Source of the DNA: Trichormus sp. ATA11-4-KO1
Lineage (GTDB): Bacteria > Cyanobacteriota > Cyanobacteriia > Cyanobacteriales > Nostocaceae
NCBI GenBank assembly: GCA_019358915.1
Contig: JAHHIM010000014.1
Span: forward strand, 1-64,000
Direction: 5' to 3'
Length of the DNA stretch: 64,000 nt
Each line of letters opens with the position of its first letter. The stretch's first letter is position 1. The notes beneath the pieces are model-generated. The model made no database searches, was not told the origin of the DNA, and was given only the letters and a program-made list of their open reading frames with translations. Shown piece by piece: positions 19,354 to 30,501 of this stretch. Position numbers and translations under genes: made by a program.

Positions 19354-22300
19354 ATGACCGCAACAATTTCCCATCTCCCTAGTCTCTACGACCCCTTCTC
19401 CACCGAAGCCAAGTGGCAAAAATTTTGGCAAGAAAACCAAACCTACAAAGCCGACCCCAACCACCCCGGTGAACCATACTGCATTGTTATTCCCCCTCCC
19501 AACGTCACCGGCAGTTTACACATGGGCCACGCCTTTGAGGGTGCCTTAATAGATACCCTCATCCGCTACCACCGCATGAAAGGACGCAACACCCTCTGGG
19601 TTCCCGGAACAGACCACGCCAGCATTGCTGTCCACACAATGCTGGAAAAGCAACTCAAGAAAGAGGGTAAAACTCGCTACGAACTAGGACGCGAACAATT
19701 CTTAGAACGCGCTTGGCAGTGGAAGGCTGATTCTGAAGGTACGATTGTTAACCAGTTAAAACGCTTGGGTGTCTCGGTTGACTGGACACGGGAACGGTTT
19801 ACTTTAGATGAAGGTTTATCTAAAGCTGTTCTGGAAGCCTTTGTGAGTCTCTACGAATCAGGCTTAATTTATCGTGGCGAATATTTGGTAAATTGGTGTC
19901 CAGCTTCGCAGTCGGCGGTGTCTGATGTGGAAGTGGATAACCAAGAAGTTGATGGTAATCTTTGGCATTTCCGTTATCCCCTCAGCGATAATTCTGGTTT
20001 TGTCGAAGTGGCGACGACTCGACCGGAAACTATGTTGGGTGATACGGCTGTGGCTGTTAATCCCAATGATGAACGATATCAGCACTTAATTGGTAAAACT
20101 CTGACTCTGCCAATTATGCATCGGGAAATTCCGATTATTGGTGATGAGTTTGTTGACCCCACCTTCGGAACTGGTTGTGTGAAAGTGACTCCCGCCCATG
20201 ACCTCAATGACTTTGAAATGGGTAAACGTCACAATCTGCCGATGATCAATATTATGAACAAAGACGGCACTCTCAACGAAAATGCGGGAGAGTTCCAAGG
20301 ACAAGACCGCTTTGTGGCGAGAAAAAATGTGGTGTCTCGCTTAGAGGCAGATGGTGTGCTGGTAAAGGTGGAAAATTATAAGCATACCGTTCCTTATAGC
20401 GATCGCGGTAAAGTACCCGTAGAACCATTACTATCTACTCAATGGTTTGTCAGAATTCGCCCCATGGCTGATAAAGCTTTGGAATTTCTCGACAACCAAA
20501 ATTCCCCAGAGTTTGTCCCTCAACGCTGGACTAAGGTTTATCGTGATTGGTTAGTTAAGTTGAAAGATTGGTGTATTTCTCGTCAATTATGGTGGGGTCA
20601 TCAAATTCCGGCTTGGTATGCAATTAGTGAAACAAATGGTCAAATTACTGATAATACGCCGTTTGTTGTCGCTAAATCAGCCGATGCAGCTTGGTCAAAA
20701 GCGAAAGCACAATTTGGTGAAAATGTCCAGCTAGAACAAGACCCAGATGTATTAGATACTTGGTTTTCTTCTGGGTTGTGGCCGTTTTCGACTTTGGGTT
20801 GGCCAGAACAAACTCAAGATTTGGCCACTTATTACCCTAACAGTGCGTTGGTGACTGGCTTTGATATTATCTTTTTCTGGGTAGCCAGAATGACCATGAT
20901 GGCAGGTCATTTTACTGGCACAATGCCTTTTAAAGATGTTTACATCCACGGGTTGGTGCTGGATGAAAATGGTCAGAAAATGTCGAAGACTAAAGGTAAT
21001 GGGATTGATCCACTGTTATTAATTGACAAATATGGTACTGATGCCCTGCGCTACACCCTCATTAAAGAAGTAGCCGGTGCGGGTCAAAATATCCGCTTAG
21101 AATACGATCGCAAAAAGGATGAGTCTGCATCGGTGGAAGCATCGCGCAATTTTGCTAACAAGTTGTGGAATGCTGCCCGGTTTGTGATGATGAATTTGGA
21201 TGGACAAACTCCAGCCCAACTCGGTCAACCAATTGCCACAGAACTAAGCGATCTGTGGATTGTTTCTCGGTATCATCAAGTTATCAAACAGACTACCAAC
21301 TATATTGATAACTACGGTTTAGGGGAAGCAGGCAAGGGTCTGTATGAATTTATCTGGGGTGATTTTTGCGACTGGTATATTGAATTAGTTAAATCTAGAT
21401 TACAACAAGGTGCTGACCCCGCATCCCGCAAGGTTGCACAACAAACCCTCGCCTACGTGCTGGAAGGGATTTTAAAATTATTGCATCCCTTTATGCCCCA
21501 CATCACTGAGGAAATTTGGCAAACTCTCACCCAACAGCCAGCAGATTCTCTGCAAAGTTTATCTTTGCAATCCTATCCAGAAGCGAATAACAACCTGATT
21601 AATCCAAGTTTGGAAGCAGAATTTGAATTGCTAATTGGTACAGTTCGCACAATTCGCAATTTACGGGCTGAGGCGGATATTAAGCCAGGGGCGAAAATTA
21701 CGGCAAATTTACAAACTGGTAATCCCCAGGAACGGCAAATCCTCACTGCTGGCCAGGCTTACATTCAAGATTTGGCTAAGGTGGAGAATTTAACTATTAC
21801 TGGTGAGGAAACCAGCCAAACAGTTATTGAGAAAAAACCTCAGAGGGGTTTGAAAACCATTGGCTGGATTATTGTCGGGCTGGTGTTTGCCAGAATAGCT
21901 TTGGCTGCGGGGTATGCGATTGATGATGTTCCTATTGTGGGTACTTTCTTGGAAATAGTTGGTTTGGGTTATACCACTTGGTTTATTACCCAAAATCTAC
22001 TCAAGCCCCAGGCGAGGCGGAAGTTCTGGGCAAAATTATTCCAGCCTGCAAATGATAATTTGCCACAGCCAGCATCTTTACAGCCACAAACAAGAGAAAA
22101 TGCCATCGCTGGGGTTGTGGGTACTGTACAAGTGGTAATTCCTTTGAGTGGCGATGTGGTAGATATTGCCACCTTGCGTGCCAAGCTGGAAAAAAGCCTT
22201 AACAAAGCTGAAGCAGAAGCTCAATCTTTGAGTGCGAGATTAAGCAATGCCAATTTTGTAGATAAAGCCCCAGCCGATGTGGTGCAGGGAGTAAGAGAAG

Positions 22301-22362
22301 CTTTAGCCGAGGCTACGAAACAAGCAGAAATTTTACGCGATCGCCTGCGTAGTTTAGCATAG
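19354..22362 (+). CDS. valS: Valyl-tRNA synthetase with an inserted CAAD membrane-anchor domain
   Basis: [13 protein letters not shown] (HIGH), [17 protein letters not shown]; two-TM insert near the C-terminus. Confidence 0.98.
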   Translation: MTATISHLPSLYDPFSTEAKWQKFWQENQTYKADPNHPGEPYCIVIPPPNVTGSLHMGHAFEGALIDTLIRYHRMKGRNTLWVPGTDHASIAVHTMLEKQLKKEGKTRYELGREQFLERAWQWKADSEGTIVNQLKRLGVSVDWTRERFTLDEGLSKAVLEAFVSLYESGLIYRGEYLVNWCPASQSAVSDVEVDNQEVDGNLWHFRYPLSDNSGFVEVATTRPETMLGDTAVAVNPNDERYQHLIGKTLTLPIMHREIPIIGDEFVDPTFGTGCVKVTPAHDLNDFEMGKRHNLPMINIMNKDGTLNENAGEFQGQDRFVARKNVVSRLEADGVLVKVENYKHTVPYSDRGKVPVEPLLSTQWFVRIRPMADKALEFLDNQNSPEFVPQRWTKVYRDWLVKLKDWCISRQLWWGHQIPAWYAISETNGQITDNTPFVVAKSADAAWSKAKAQFGENVQLEQDPDVLDTWFSSGLWPFSTLGWPEQTQDLATYYPNSALVTGFDIIFFWVARMTMMAGHFTGTMPFKDVYIHGLVLDENGQKMSKTKGNGIDPLLLIDKYGTDALRYTLIKEVAGAGQNIRLEYDRKKDESASVEASRNFANKLWNAARFVMMNLDGQTPAQLGQPIATELSDLWIVSRYHQVIKQTTNYIDNYGLGEAGKGLYEFIWGDFCDWYIELVKSRLQQGADPASRKVAQQTLAYVLEGILKLLHPFMPHITEEIWQTLTQQPADSLQSLSLQSYPEANNNLINPSLEAEFELLIGTVRTIRNLRAEADIKPGAKITANLQTGNPQERQILTAGQAYIQDLAKVENLTITGEETSQTVIEKKPQRGLKTIGWIIVGLVFARIALAAGYAIDDVPIVGTFLEIVGLGYTTWFITQNLLKPQARRKFWAKLFQPANDNLPQPASLQPQTRENAIAGVVGTVQVVIPLSGDVVDIATLRAKLEKSLNKAEAEAQSLSARLSNANFVDKAPADVVQGVREALAEATKQAEILRDRLRSLA

Positions 22363-22464
22363 TTGCAGTAGGTAATGGTTGAATAGCAACTCAATCATTA
22401 CCTATCAACAAATTATGTAAAAATTAAAGCTAATAAATAAAATTTCCTATCTCAAATTAAAATT

Positions 22465-22893
22465 ATGTTATATCTAGCTCAAGTACATAAAAACGAATTT
22501 TTAGAACAATACCAGTTGCGCTTAATGGCACGTCAGGAAGCGGAAAATATCTGGAGCATCATCCCGGAAGAAGCTTTTATTCTGCTGGGAAAAGGCAACA
22601 CCATGAGCGAGAATTTGCTGGTTTTAGTGGAGCTTTCTGCTACAGGTGATATTGAAAGATTAGAAGACGCTAGCAACTGGGTACTCAAGTTAGTGGAAAC
22701 TTATCTTACCACTGGGATGACGCCAGAGGAGTTACAGCAAGAAGCAGAACGAGCAGAGGATTGGAGACAATCTCTAACTTTACAGAATCAAGATTTAGCG
22801 CGGCGTTCTCTAGAATTAGAAGCCCGTCGGGAACAGATTCAAGCTTTAGAAGAAAGTCTAAAACGCGACAGAAATGGATACAACAAAGATTAG
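22465..22893 (+). CDS. Hypothetical coiled-coil protein resembling the HmpF N-terminal region
   Basis: MLYLAQV start and EDWRQSLTLQNQDLARRSLELEARREQIQ motif. Confidence 0.65.
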   Translation: MLYLAQVHKNEFLEQYQLRLMARQEAENIWSIIPEEAFILLGKGNTMSENLLVLVELSATGDIERLEDASNWVLKLVETYLTTGMTPEELQQEAERAEDWRQSLTLQNQDLARRSLELEARREQIQALEESLKRDRNGYNKD

Positions 22894-23071
22894 AAGCATA
22901 AGTAGCTATGAAAAGGGTGTAGGGGGAATAAATTGGATTCATGGTGTATTTACTAAACTGTGTCGTGTATGGCTTGCATGATTCTCTCCAAACTAACCTA
23001 ATAATATAAAAGAGATAAAAAAAGGTCTTTCCCCTTATCCCTCACTTCCTCCTCTAACCGTTATCTAAAAA

Positions 23072-26000
23072 ATGTCTCCACTTGGTGTTGCTACCAGTCG
23101 CTCAACTCCCGCTAAACCAAAGGTTAATCCGACACTTTGGTTATTGTTGGTGGGGGTAAATCAATATCAGGATGAGCAACTACCTTGTCTACGTTACTCG
23201 GCGGTTGATTGTCAGGGATTAGCAGAGGCTTTAGCAGGAGCAACCCAAGAGCAATTTGCCCAAAAAGAAATCAATATTTACCATGATTTTGCCTCTCAAT
23301 TACCGCTTTTAACTACAGTGCGTGCCAGCTTACAGCAAATTACTCAAGCTGCTCAACCACAGGATACAATTTTGTTTTATTTCTCTGGACATGGAATGCT
23401 TCAGGCTAATACTCAGCAAGCATTTTTATGTTTAGCAGATACACAAAAAGATAACTTAGAAAATACAGGTTTAGCAGTTCAAGAATTATTGCAGTTATTG
23501 GCTAATAGTGGGGTGCAGAATCAGTTAGTTTGGCTGGATGCTTGTCATAGTGGAGGAATGACATTACGGGGACTTAATCCCACACAGCAATTAGTGGCAG
23601 TTTTACAACAACGGGCTGCTAAAAGCAAAGGTTTTTATGCTTTACTTTCTTGCGATACAGACCAGCTATCTTGGGAGTTTCCGGAATTAGGACATGGAGT
23701 ATTTACTTATTATTTAATGCGTGGTTTGCGTGGTGATGCGGCTGATGCTCAAGGTGTGATTTCGGCTGATGGACTGTATCGCTATGTTTATCATCAAACA
23801 TTGCAATATATTGATAAAACTAATCAACAATTAAGGTTAATTAATCAACAAAAACGCGGCAAGGGTGACACCCAACTTTATAGTGAATATCCTCTGCAAA
23901 CACCCAAGCGCATTGTCGAAGGTATTGGCGAATTAATATTAGGTAATGTTCAAGCGATCGCCGAATCTCTTCCCCCTAGAATAGCATTAGTCATAGAAGG
24001 GATTAGTGGCTCTCAGACAGCATTAAATTTTAGTAAAGTTTTGGCTGGTGTTGGAGCGTTTGAGTTAGAGTATTTACCCCGTTCGGGAACGACAACAGCT
24101 CAGGAAATTCGCGCCACTATCAAAGCCTGTTTACGTTCTACCCATCAATTACAACCACCTAAAACCGCAGAACCAGCAATAGTTTTGTTGTATCTGCATG
24201 GGAGACTAGAAGAAACTCCATCTGGGGAAGCGGCTTTAGTTTTGTTAGATGATATTTGGCTGAATCGTTCTTGGTTAAGGCAACAGTTACGCCGTTCTTC
24301 AGTTACCCAGCAAATCATTATTTTAGATTGTCCAGGGTCGCACAGTGTTTCCCTGCAAGATTGGGTGGAGGAGTTGCAACTTGACTCGGAAACAGGACAA
24401 TGTATTATCACTGCGGCATTTCCCAAACATAACTCAGAAATATTTACCCCAGCCCTCATCGAGACTTTAAAAGCTGCTGCAAAACCTGCTGGTTTATCAG
24501 TAGCTGCATGGATTACCCAATTGCAAATTCACCTAGCAGCACAAACACAAATTAGCTCATCTTCACCATTGCATATTTGGCTATCTGGGACTCAAGGAGT
24601 CATGGAAATTATCCCAGCCACCACTGGCCAACGTAGCTACAAAAAAGCCACATTAGATTTAAGAATTTGCCCTTACCGGGGATTAAAAGCTTTTAGCGAA
24701 GATGATGCCCAGTATTTCTATGGTAGAGAATCTTTAACTCAGCAATTAATTGGACATCTGGCGCACAAATCCTTCCTAGCTGTAGTAGGTGCTTCTGGTA
24801 GTGGTAAATCTTCCGTAGTGCAAGCGGGGTTAATGGCACAGTTGCGCTTGGGTAAACAACTCCCTGGCAGTGATTCCTGGTTAATTACCAGCCTACGTCC
24901 CGGCGCGCGTCCCCTAGAAGCTTTGGCGCAGCGTTTGGAACAAAAAGTGGGGAATAGGGGGATAAGGGGACAAGAACAAAAATACTCTCTTACTCCCCCA
25001 CTCTCTCACTCTCCCCCAATCCTCGAAGCTATGCTGTACCAGGGAGTAGAGGGCTTTGTCTACTGGTTACGTAGCCGACCTGAGCCGATGGTGGTTTTGG
25101 TGATAGACCAGTTTGAGGAATTGTTCACTTTAGCTTCTAGTGAAGATAGACAGCAGTTTTTCAATCTGCTATTGGGAGCAATAGAATATGCGGCTGATAA
25201 ATTCAAATTAGTGTTGACTGTGCGGGCTGATTTTATCGCCTCTTGTTTGGAAGTACCTGCATTGGCTACGTTATTGCAACAATCAAGTGTGTTAGTACCG
25301 CCAAATTTGAGTGATGAGGACTATCGTCGTGTGATTGTTGACCCAGCTGAACAAGTGGGATTAAAAGTTGAGCCGGGACTGGTGGAAGTTCTATTACAGG
25401 AGTTAAACCACTCGGCGGGAGATTTGCCATTGCTGGAATTTGTGCTTGAGCAGTTATGGGTGTGTCGTCAAGCAGGTGAGTTAACACTAGCGGGTTATCA
25501 ACAGCAGATTGGTGGGATTAAAGGTGCGTTGGAACGCAAGGCTCAGGAAGTTTACGAAAATTTAGATAGTCAAGCCCAAAAATGCGCTCGCTGGATTTTT
25601 CTGTCACTTACACAACTAGGGGAAGGTACGGAAGATACAAGACGGCGAGTATGTAAATCTGAGTTGGTTGTGCAGAAGTATCCCGATGAATTGGTGGAAA
25701 AAACTCTCTTGGCTTTAACTGCTGCCAAATTAGTTGTGGTGAATTTTGAGGAGGAGGTTATTTTTGCAGGTAACAAAGGCGAGACCATTCACCCCATATC
25801 TTCATCCTCAGCAGTCACTATTGAAGTGGCTCACGAAATCTTGATTCGCCACTGGTCAACATTACGCTGGTGGCTAGAAGAAAATCGTAGTCGATTGCGA
25901 TCGCAACGTCAAATTGAGCAATCAGCAGCTTTGTGGAAACAGAATCAGCAGCAGCCTGATTTTTTGTTGCAGGGTATCCGTCTGGCGGAAGCAGAAGAAA

Positions 26001-28189
26001 TTTTTGTCAAATACACAGATGAATTATCTGCTGATGTGCAATATTTCATTGCTGCTTGTTTAGATGCTAGAGAACAACACCAACGAGAGCAAAAACAGCG
26101 ACTCCGACAAGCTCAAAGAGCTATTGCTGTAATTAGTGTGTTGGGAATTGCTGCTAGTGGTTTTGGCGGTTTGGCTTATTTCCAAAAACAAGCGGCTCAA
26201 TTACGAGAAATTGCGGCTTTAAATGCCTCATCACAAGCATATTTATTATCTCATCAACAATTAGAAGCTGTAATTGCTAGTGTGAAGGCTGGGCGAGAAG
26301 TTAAGCAAGTTTTTTCACCAAATCAAGATATTCTATTAGCAACTGCGGCAACTTTCCAACAAGCTATTTACCAAACTCAAGAACTTAACAGATTACCAGG
26401 TCATAGTCAACAAGTTAATGCTGTAAGTTTTAGTCCTGATGGTCAAATGTTGGCTTCTGCCAGTGATGACATGACAATTAAACTCTGGCGTACAGATGGG
26501 AGTTTAATTACAACTATTACAGATAGTCAAAACAGAGTTACAGCTATTAGTTTTAGTCCTGATGGTAAATTGCTGGCTGCGACTGACAATACTATTAAAC
26601 TATATGGAATTGAGGGTAAATTAATTCAAGTTTTCACCGGACATACCGACATTGTTACCGATGTCAGTTTCAGTCCTGATAGCAAAATCATCGCATCGGC
26701 TAGTCTGGATAATACCATAAAATTGTGGCGCATTGACGGCAGTTTAATTAACTCTTGGCAGGCTCATAATGGCTGGGTAAATACTGTTAATTTCAGTACT
26801 GATGGTCAAATGATTGCTTCTGGTGGTGAAGATAATTTAGTAAAACTTTGGCAAGCAACAGATGGTAAATTAATCACAACTTTAGCAGGACATCAAGGAC
26901 GAATTACTCTTGTGCAATTTAGTGATGATGGTAAAAATATTGCTACTGCTAGTGGTGACAAAACTATCAAACTCTGGGATGCTAAGGGTAAATTATTACA
27001 AACTATAGAAGCTCACGATGAACAAGTCAATAGTATAAAATTTAGTCCAGATAATCAAGTTTTAGCTTCTGCTTCGGCTGACCGTACTATTAAATTATGG
27101 CAATTAAATGGTAACTTAATTAGAAGTATTCAAAACAGCGAATCAGTTAGAGATATTAGTTTTAGTGTTGATGGTCAAGTTCTTGCTTCTGCTGGTGCTG
27201 ATAAAACTATTCGGTTGTGGAAAGTAGTTAACGAAAAAACATTACAAACAAGGGATATTCGCAGTGTTAATTTTAGTCCTGATGGTAAAACTTTTGCTAC
27301 TGCGGGTTGGGATGGTGAGATTAAAATTTGGCGAGGGGATGCATCGCTAACCAAGAAATTTCAGGGACATGGTGATAATGTTGATGCAGTAATTTTTAGT
27401 CCTGATGGTGAAAATTTAGCCACAGCTAGTGCTGATAAAACTATTAAAATCTGGGATAATAATCAGCAGTTAGTTAAAATTTTCACAGGACATCAAGATA
27501 GAGTAACTAGTATTAGTTTTAGTCCAGATAATCAAATAATTGCTTCTGGTAGTGCTGATAAAACTGTGAAAGTATGGCAGGTTAAAGATGGTAATTTATT
27601 ACATTCTCTTGCAGGACATACTGATGAGGTAACAAGTGTCAGTTTTAGTCCAAATGTTAAGTTACTGGCTTCTGGGAGTAGCGATCGCACCGTTAAAATC
27701 TGGGATAATCAAGGTAACTTAGTCAAAAATCTCACTGGACATGGTTTAGCGATCGCTTCTGTACAATTCAGTCCTGATGGTAAAATCTTAGCTACTGCTA
27801 GTTGGGATAATACTATCAAACTTTGGCGTGTGGCTGATGGTAAGCTAATTCATACCCTCACCGGACATACCGATGGTGTAACTAGCCTCAGTTTTGGTTT
27901 TGATGGTCAAATCCTCGCTTCTGGTAGTGCTGACAATACCATCAAGTTGTGGAGTGTTAAAGATGGTACTTTGTTGAAAACTCTGTTGGGACATCCGGGA
28001 AAGGTTAACAGTGTTAATTTCCATCCCGATGACAAAGTGTTGTTGAGTGGTGATGATGATGCTGGGGTGATGCTGTGGAATCTCGATTTAGATGATTTAA
28101 TGCAGCAAGGATGTTCACGAATTGCCGATTATCTTCAGCATAATGGCGATTTGCAGTCAGGCGATCGCTCTATCTGTCAGGATGAATGA
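23072..28189 (+). CDS. Caspase (peptidase C14) - degenerate caspase - STAND (nSTAND1-like) NTPase - TM - WD40 repeat protein
   Basis: FYFSGHG and LDACHSG dyad; [57 protein letters not shown]; about 14 WD40 units. Confidence 0.92.
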   Translation: MSPLGVATSRSTPAKPKVNPTLWLLLVGVNQYQDEQLPCLRYSAVDCQGLAEALAGATQEQFAQKEINIYHDFASQLPLLTTVRASLQQITQAAQPQDTILFYFSGHGMLQANTQQAFLCLADTQKDNLENTGLAVQELLQLLANSGVQNQLVWLDACHSGGMTLRGLNPTQQLVAVLQQRAAKSKGFYALLSCDTDQLSWEFPELGHGVFTYYLMRGLRGDAADAQGVISADGLYRYVYHQTLQYIDKTNQQLRLINQQKRGKGDTQLYSEYPLQTPKRIVEGIGELILGNVQAIAESLPPRIALVIEGISGSQTALNFSKVLAGVGAFELEYLPRSGTTTAQEIRATIKACLRSTHQLQPPKTAEPAIVLLYLHGRLEETPSGEAALVLLDDIWLNRSWLRQQLRRSSVTQQIIILDCPGSHSVSLQDWVEELQLDSETGQCIITAAFPKHNSEIFTPALIETLKAAAKPAGLSVAAWITQLQIHLAAQTQISSSSPLHIWLSGTQGVMEIIPATTGQRSYKKATLDLRICPYRGLKAFSEDDAQYFYGRESLTQQLIGHLAHKSFLAVVGASGSGKSSVVQAGLMAQLRLGKQLPGSDSWLITSLRPGARPLEALAQRLEQKVGNRGIRGQEQKYSLTPPLSHSPPILEAMLYQGVEGFVYWLRSRPEPMVVLVIDQFEELFTLASSEDRQQFFNLLLGAIEYAADKFKLVLTVRADFIASCLEVPALATLLQQSSVLVPPNLSDEDYRRVIVDPAEQVGLKVEPGLVEVLLQELNHSAGDLPLLEFVLEQLWVCRQAGELTLAGYQQQIGGIKGALERKAQEVYENLDSQAQKCARWIFLSLTQLGEGTEDTRRRVCKSELVVQKYPDELVEKTLLALTAAKLVVVNFEEEVIFAGNKGETIHPISSSSAVTIEVAHEILIRHWSTLRWWLEENRSRLRSQRQIEQSAALWKQNQQQPDFLLQGIRLAEAEEIFVKYTDELSADVQYFIAACLDAREQHQREQKQRLRQAQRAIAVISVLGIAASGFGGLAYFQKQAAQLREIAALNASSQAYLLSHQQLEAVIASVKAGREVKQVFSPNQDILLATAATFQQAIYQTQELNRLPGHSQQVNAVSFSPDGQMLASASDDMTIKLWRTDGSLITTITDSQNRVTAISFSPDGKLLAATDNTIKLYGIEGKLIQVFTGHTDIVTDVSFSPDSKIIASASLDNTIKLWRIDGSLINSWQAHNGWVNTVNFSTDGQMIASGGEDNLVKLWQATDGKLITTLAGHQGRITLVQFSDDGKNIATASGDKTIKLWDAKGKLLQTIEAHDEQVNSIKFSPDNQVLASASADRTIKLWQLNGNLIRSIQNSESVRDISFSVDGQVLASAGADKTIRLWKVVNEKTLQTRDIRSVNFSPDGKTFATAGWDGEIKIWRGDASLTKKFQGHGDNVDAVIFSPDGENLATASADKTIKIWDNNQQLVKIFTGHQDRVTSISFSPDNQIIASGSADKTVKVWQVKDGNLLHSLAGHTDEVTSVSFSPNVKLLASGSSDRTVKIWDNQGNLVKNLTGHGLAIASVQFSPDGKILATASWDNTIKLWRVADGKLIHTLTGHTDGVTSLSFGFDGQILASGSADNTIKLWSVKDGTLLKTLLGHPGKVNSVNFHPDDKVLLSGDDDAGVMLWNLDLDDLMQQGCSRIADYLQHNGDLQSGDRSICQDE

Positions 28190-28198
28190 ATTTTTTTG

Positions 28199-28226
28199 TC
28201 TCGCGCAAAGGCGCAAAGGCGCAAAG
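28199..28226 (+). repeat. Dispersed triplet repeat, left copy flanking the CRISPR mini-array
   Basis: tctcgcgcaaaggcgcaaaggcgcaaag. Confidence 0.8.
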
Positions 28227-28281
28227 AAGAAGGTAAAAGCACTAACGAGGCCTATTCTCTCGCCCGTGATAGATGCGTAAA

Positions 28282-28377
28282 ATAACAATCCCTAATAGGG
28301 ATTTTGGTTAATTGCAATCCAGAGCCATCACCGTCACCAGGTTTCAATCCCTAATAGGGATTTTGGTTAATTGCAAT
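28282..28377 (-). CRISPR. Orphan CRISPR mini-array: two 37-nt repeats and one 22-nt spacer
   Basis: Repeat ATTGCAATTAACCAAAATCCCTATTAGGGATTGAAAC at 28341-28377 (reverse complement). The copy at 28282-28318 ends GATTGTTAT. Internal hairpin AATCCCT-ATT-AGGGATT. Spacer at 28319-28340. Confidence 0.88.
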
Positions 28378-28635
28378 AGCCTAGCTTTGAAAGCATTGAT
28401 ATATTTGGTTTTCAAGGTTCAGTTGCGTCAACATCACCCAAAGATACCTTTTCACACATGGGATTGTCAAGAGGAGACAAAGTAAAAATTGCTGCAAAAG
28501 TACTCCCAGTAAGAATTTGAAGTTTTACGTCAACCTCTTTTATTGCCTGAGAAGGTTCAAAGCCAATCCAGATAAGCAGTTGAGCTAAAAAACTTTGTCT
28601 CCGTTCCCAAACACCTACAGGTTGACGCTGCAAAT
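28378..28635 (-). promoter_or_regulatory. CRISPR leader
   Basis: Non-coding region abutting the intact repeat; on the minus strand gttgacgcaactgaaccttgaaaacc...tttcaaagctaggct, with repeated gttgacg/cgtcaac motifs as in cyanobacterial leaders. Confidence 0.65.
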
Positions 28636-28684
28636 AAAATCTAGAAAAAGTAGTCAGCGATCGCCTAAACTAATCCTCATCATT

Positions 28685-28757
28685 CTTCGCGTCTTTGCGC
28701 GCCAGTTGCTACAAGTCGGGGAACCCGCCCAACGCACTGGCTTGCCTTTGCGCGAAA
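28685..28757 (-). repeat. Dispersed triplet repeat, right (inverted) copy, interrupted by a nested small hairpin element
   Basis: cttcgcgtctttgcg [cgccagttgctacaagtcggggaacccgcccaacgcactggcttg] cctttgcgcgaaa. Confidence 0.7.
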
Positions 28758-28767
28758 CTATCACCCA

Positions 28768-30459
28768 CTAAAAACTAAAAGTAGTCCGAATAGTACCCAC
28801 AAATATGTCATTATTGCGAGAAATATGACCAGGGTCAGTCACAATAAAAAAGCCGGGAGTGATAGCAATATGATCGTTAACTAAATACCGATAAAAAACC
28901 TCATAGTGAGTAGAATTACCCGTATCCACGGCTGGAACTAAAAAACCTGCATTTAACTTTGGTGGTTGACCGAACAAGAAACCAAATAAGTCTCCTTTTC
29001 TGCCAAAGGGGTCGTATAACCCTAAAGATAATAAATAGGTACTACTGAGAACAGCTGCATCCGATACAACTGAGTCAGTCACCATTAATCCCCCCCAAGC
29101 ACCAACAATCACGCGATCGCTTAATTGCCATTGTAGGCTGGTATTTAAGGCATGAATTTGAGATGGTTCATTAATACCACCGGATGTGTCTGCATTACTG
29201 CTACCTGTACCAGTATCTAATTGACCAGTTTTAGAATAAGCATTGACATAAGCTAGACCTGTGATGAACGAGGGTGTTGGCTTGTAAAGTACCTGCACTC
29301 CCAAAGCGCTATGGTCTGCACCAAACAAACCCCGGCTGCTATCGTTGCTGTTTCTCGTCCCGTAGGCGAACTGTAGCCGCACTTGATCAGATGCTAACCA
29401 GTCGAAGCCTAAACCCGCATCCAGACTACCTATTTTAAATACGGGTGTTGAACCAGCAAATAAAGAAATCGCTCCTTGACCAGCACTAGCATAAGGTGAA
29501 TTGACACTGAGAACACTACTTAAGCTAAAGCCTACTGGTTTGAAAGTAAAAACAATGCGATCGCCTAATCCGGCAACGCGATATTCTAGAGAATCTAATC
29601 GGACTTGATTGTCATAATCTGCCTGCCAAGCCAATCTGGCCATGTTGGTATTGAAAGCGTCAGGATTACCAAAGCTATCATTAGCAGAATTGCCTGTAAC
29701 TAAAGCCAAGCTAAAACGGTCTTTGCCGGTGAAAGAAGTAAGCAGTTGCAATTGGGTAAGGTGAGTCAAAATTGTGTTGGCTTCGCCTCTACCTGGGGGG
29801 TCACCACCAGAACCGGTTGCTAACCCAAAGATGGCTTGTCCACCTAAAACCATCGTCGGCGAAAATTGCTGTGCTGCTATGTTGGCGTTGCGCGCTTCTA
29901 ACTCATCAATTCTACTTCTTAAAACAGTGAGTTCAACAGTAAATTCTGCTTGTAGTTTTTTTAATGTTTCTAAATCTTCTTGTTTAACTACATCTATCAA
30001 ACCACCACCAATTGCCATGTCAATTGCATTCATGACAGCATTTAATCCGGCGGCAAATTCATAGCGAGACATGGCTTGGTTACCTTTAAATGTGCCGTCA
30101 GAATAACCAGCAATTACGCCATAACGTTCTACTAAATTTTGTAAAGCGAGAAAAGCCCAGTCACTCGGTTGTACATCAGATAATTGCGATACTGATGTCA
30201 CCTGATCCATATTACTGGGTGATTCTGGATGATTTTCGGCTATGGGGTGAGGATGTTGCATCTGGATATTGTCCCCAACAGAATTATCCACAAAAAAATT
30301 GCCCTGTTCACTTTCTAAGAAAGATGCATCTGAGGCAATTGTGGGAAAATTATCTAATTTTGACGCATCATGATCTTCTGCCCATGCAGTTCCATGAAAC
30401 CAAAATACTACTGCTCCCGATAGCAGCAATAAAGCTTTTCTATTCATAAACACACTCAC
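28768..30459 (-). CDS. Cyanobacterial outer-membrane porin (SLH plus OprB-type domain)
   Basis: Signal peptide, QVTSVSQLSDVQPSDWA, SRYEFAAGL, coiled coil, C-terminal GTIRTTFSF. Confidence 0.93.
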   Translation of the reverse strand: MSVFMNRKALLLLSGAVVFWFHGTAWAEDHDASKLDNFPTIASDASFLESEQGNFFVDNSVGDNIQMQHPHPIAENHPESPSNMDQVTSVSQLSDVQPSDWAFLALQNLVERYGVIAGYSDGTFKGNQAMSRYEFAAGLNAVMNAIDMAIGGGLIDVVKQEDLETLKKLQAEFTVELTVLRSRIDELEARNANIAAQQFSPTMVLGGQAIFGLATGSGGDPPGRGEANTILTHLTQLQLLTSFTGKDRFSLALVTGNSANDSFGNPDAFNTNMARLAWQADYDNQVRLDSLEYRVAGLGDRIVFTFKPVGFSLSSVLSVNSPYASAGQGAISLFAGSTPVFKIGSLDAGLGFDWLASDQVRLQFAYGTRNSNDSSRGLFGADHSALGVQVLYKPTPSFITGLAYVNAYSKTGQLDTGTGSSNADTSGGINEPSQIHALNTSLQWQLSDRVIVGAWGGLMVTDSVVSDAAVLSSTYLLSLGLYDPFGRKGDLFGFLFGQPPKLNAGFLVPAVDTGNSTHYEVFYRYLVNDHIAITPGFFIVTDPGHISRNNDIFVGTIRTTFSF

Positions 30460-30501
30460 ACCTGATATAAAAAATTATGTCAAAAAAAGGATGTCAAAAA
30501 A

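Noticed and set aside
28229..28281. Possible second spacer beyond the degenerate repeat
   Set aside because: No third repeat or repeat remnant is visible
28412..28633. 73-aa ORF next to the CRISPR repeats
   Set aside because: It coincides with the leader, has no recognisable motif and shows no resemblance to a Cas protein
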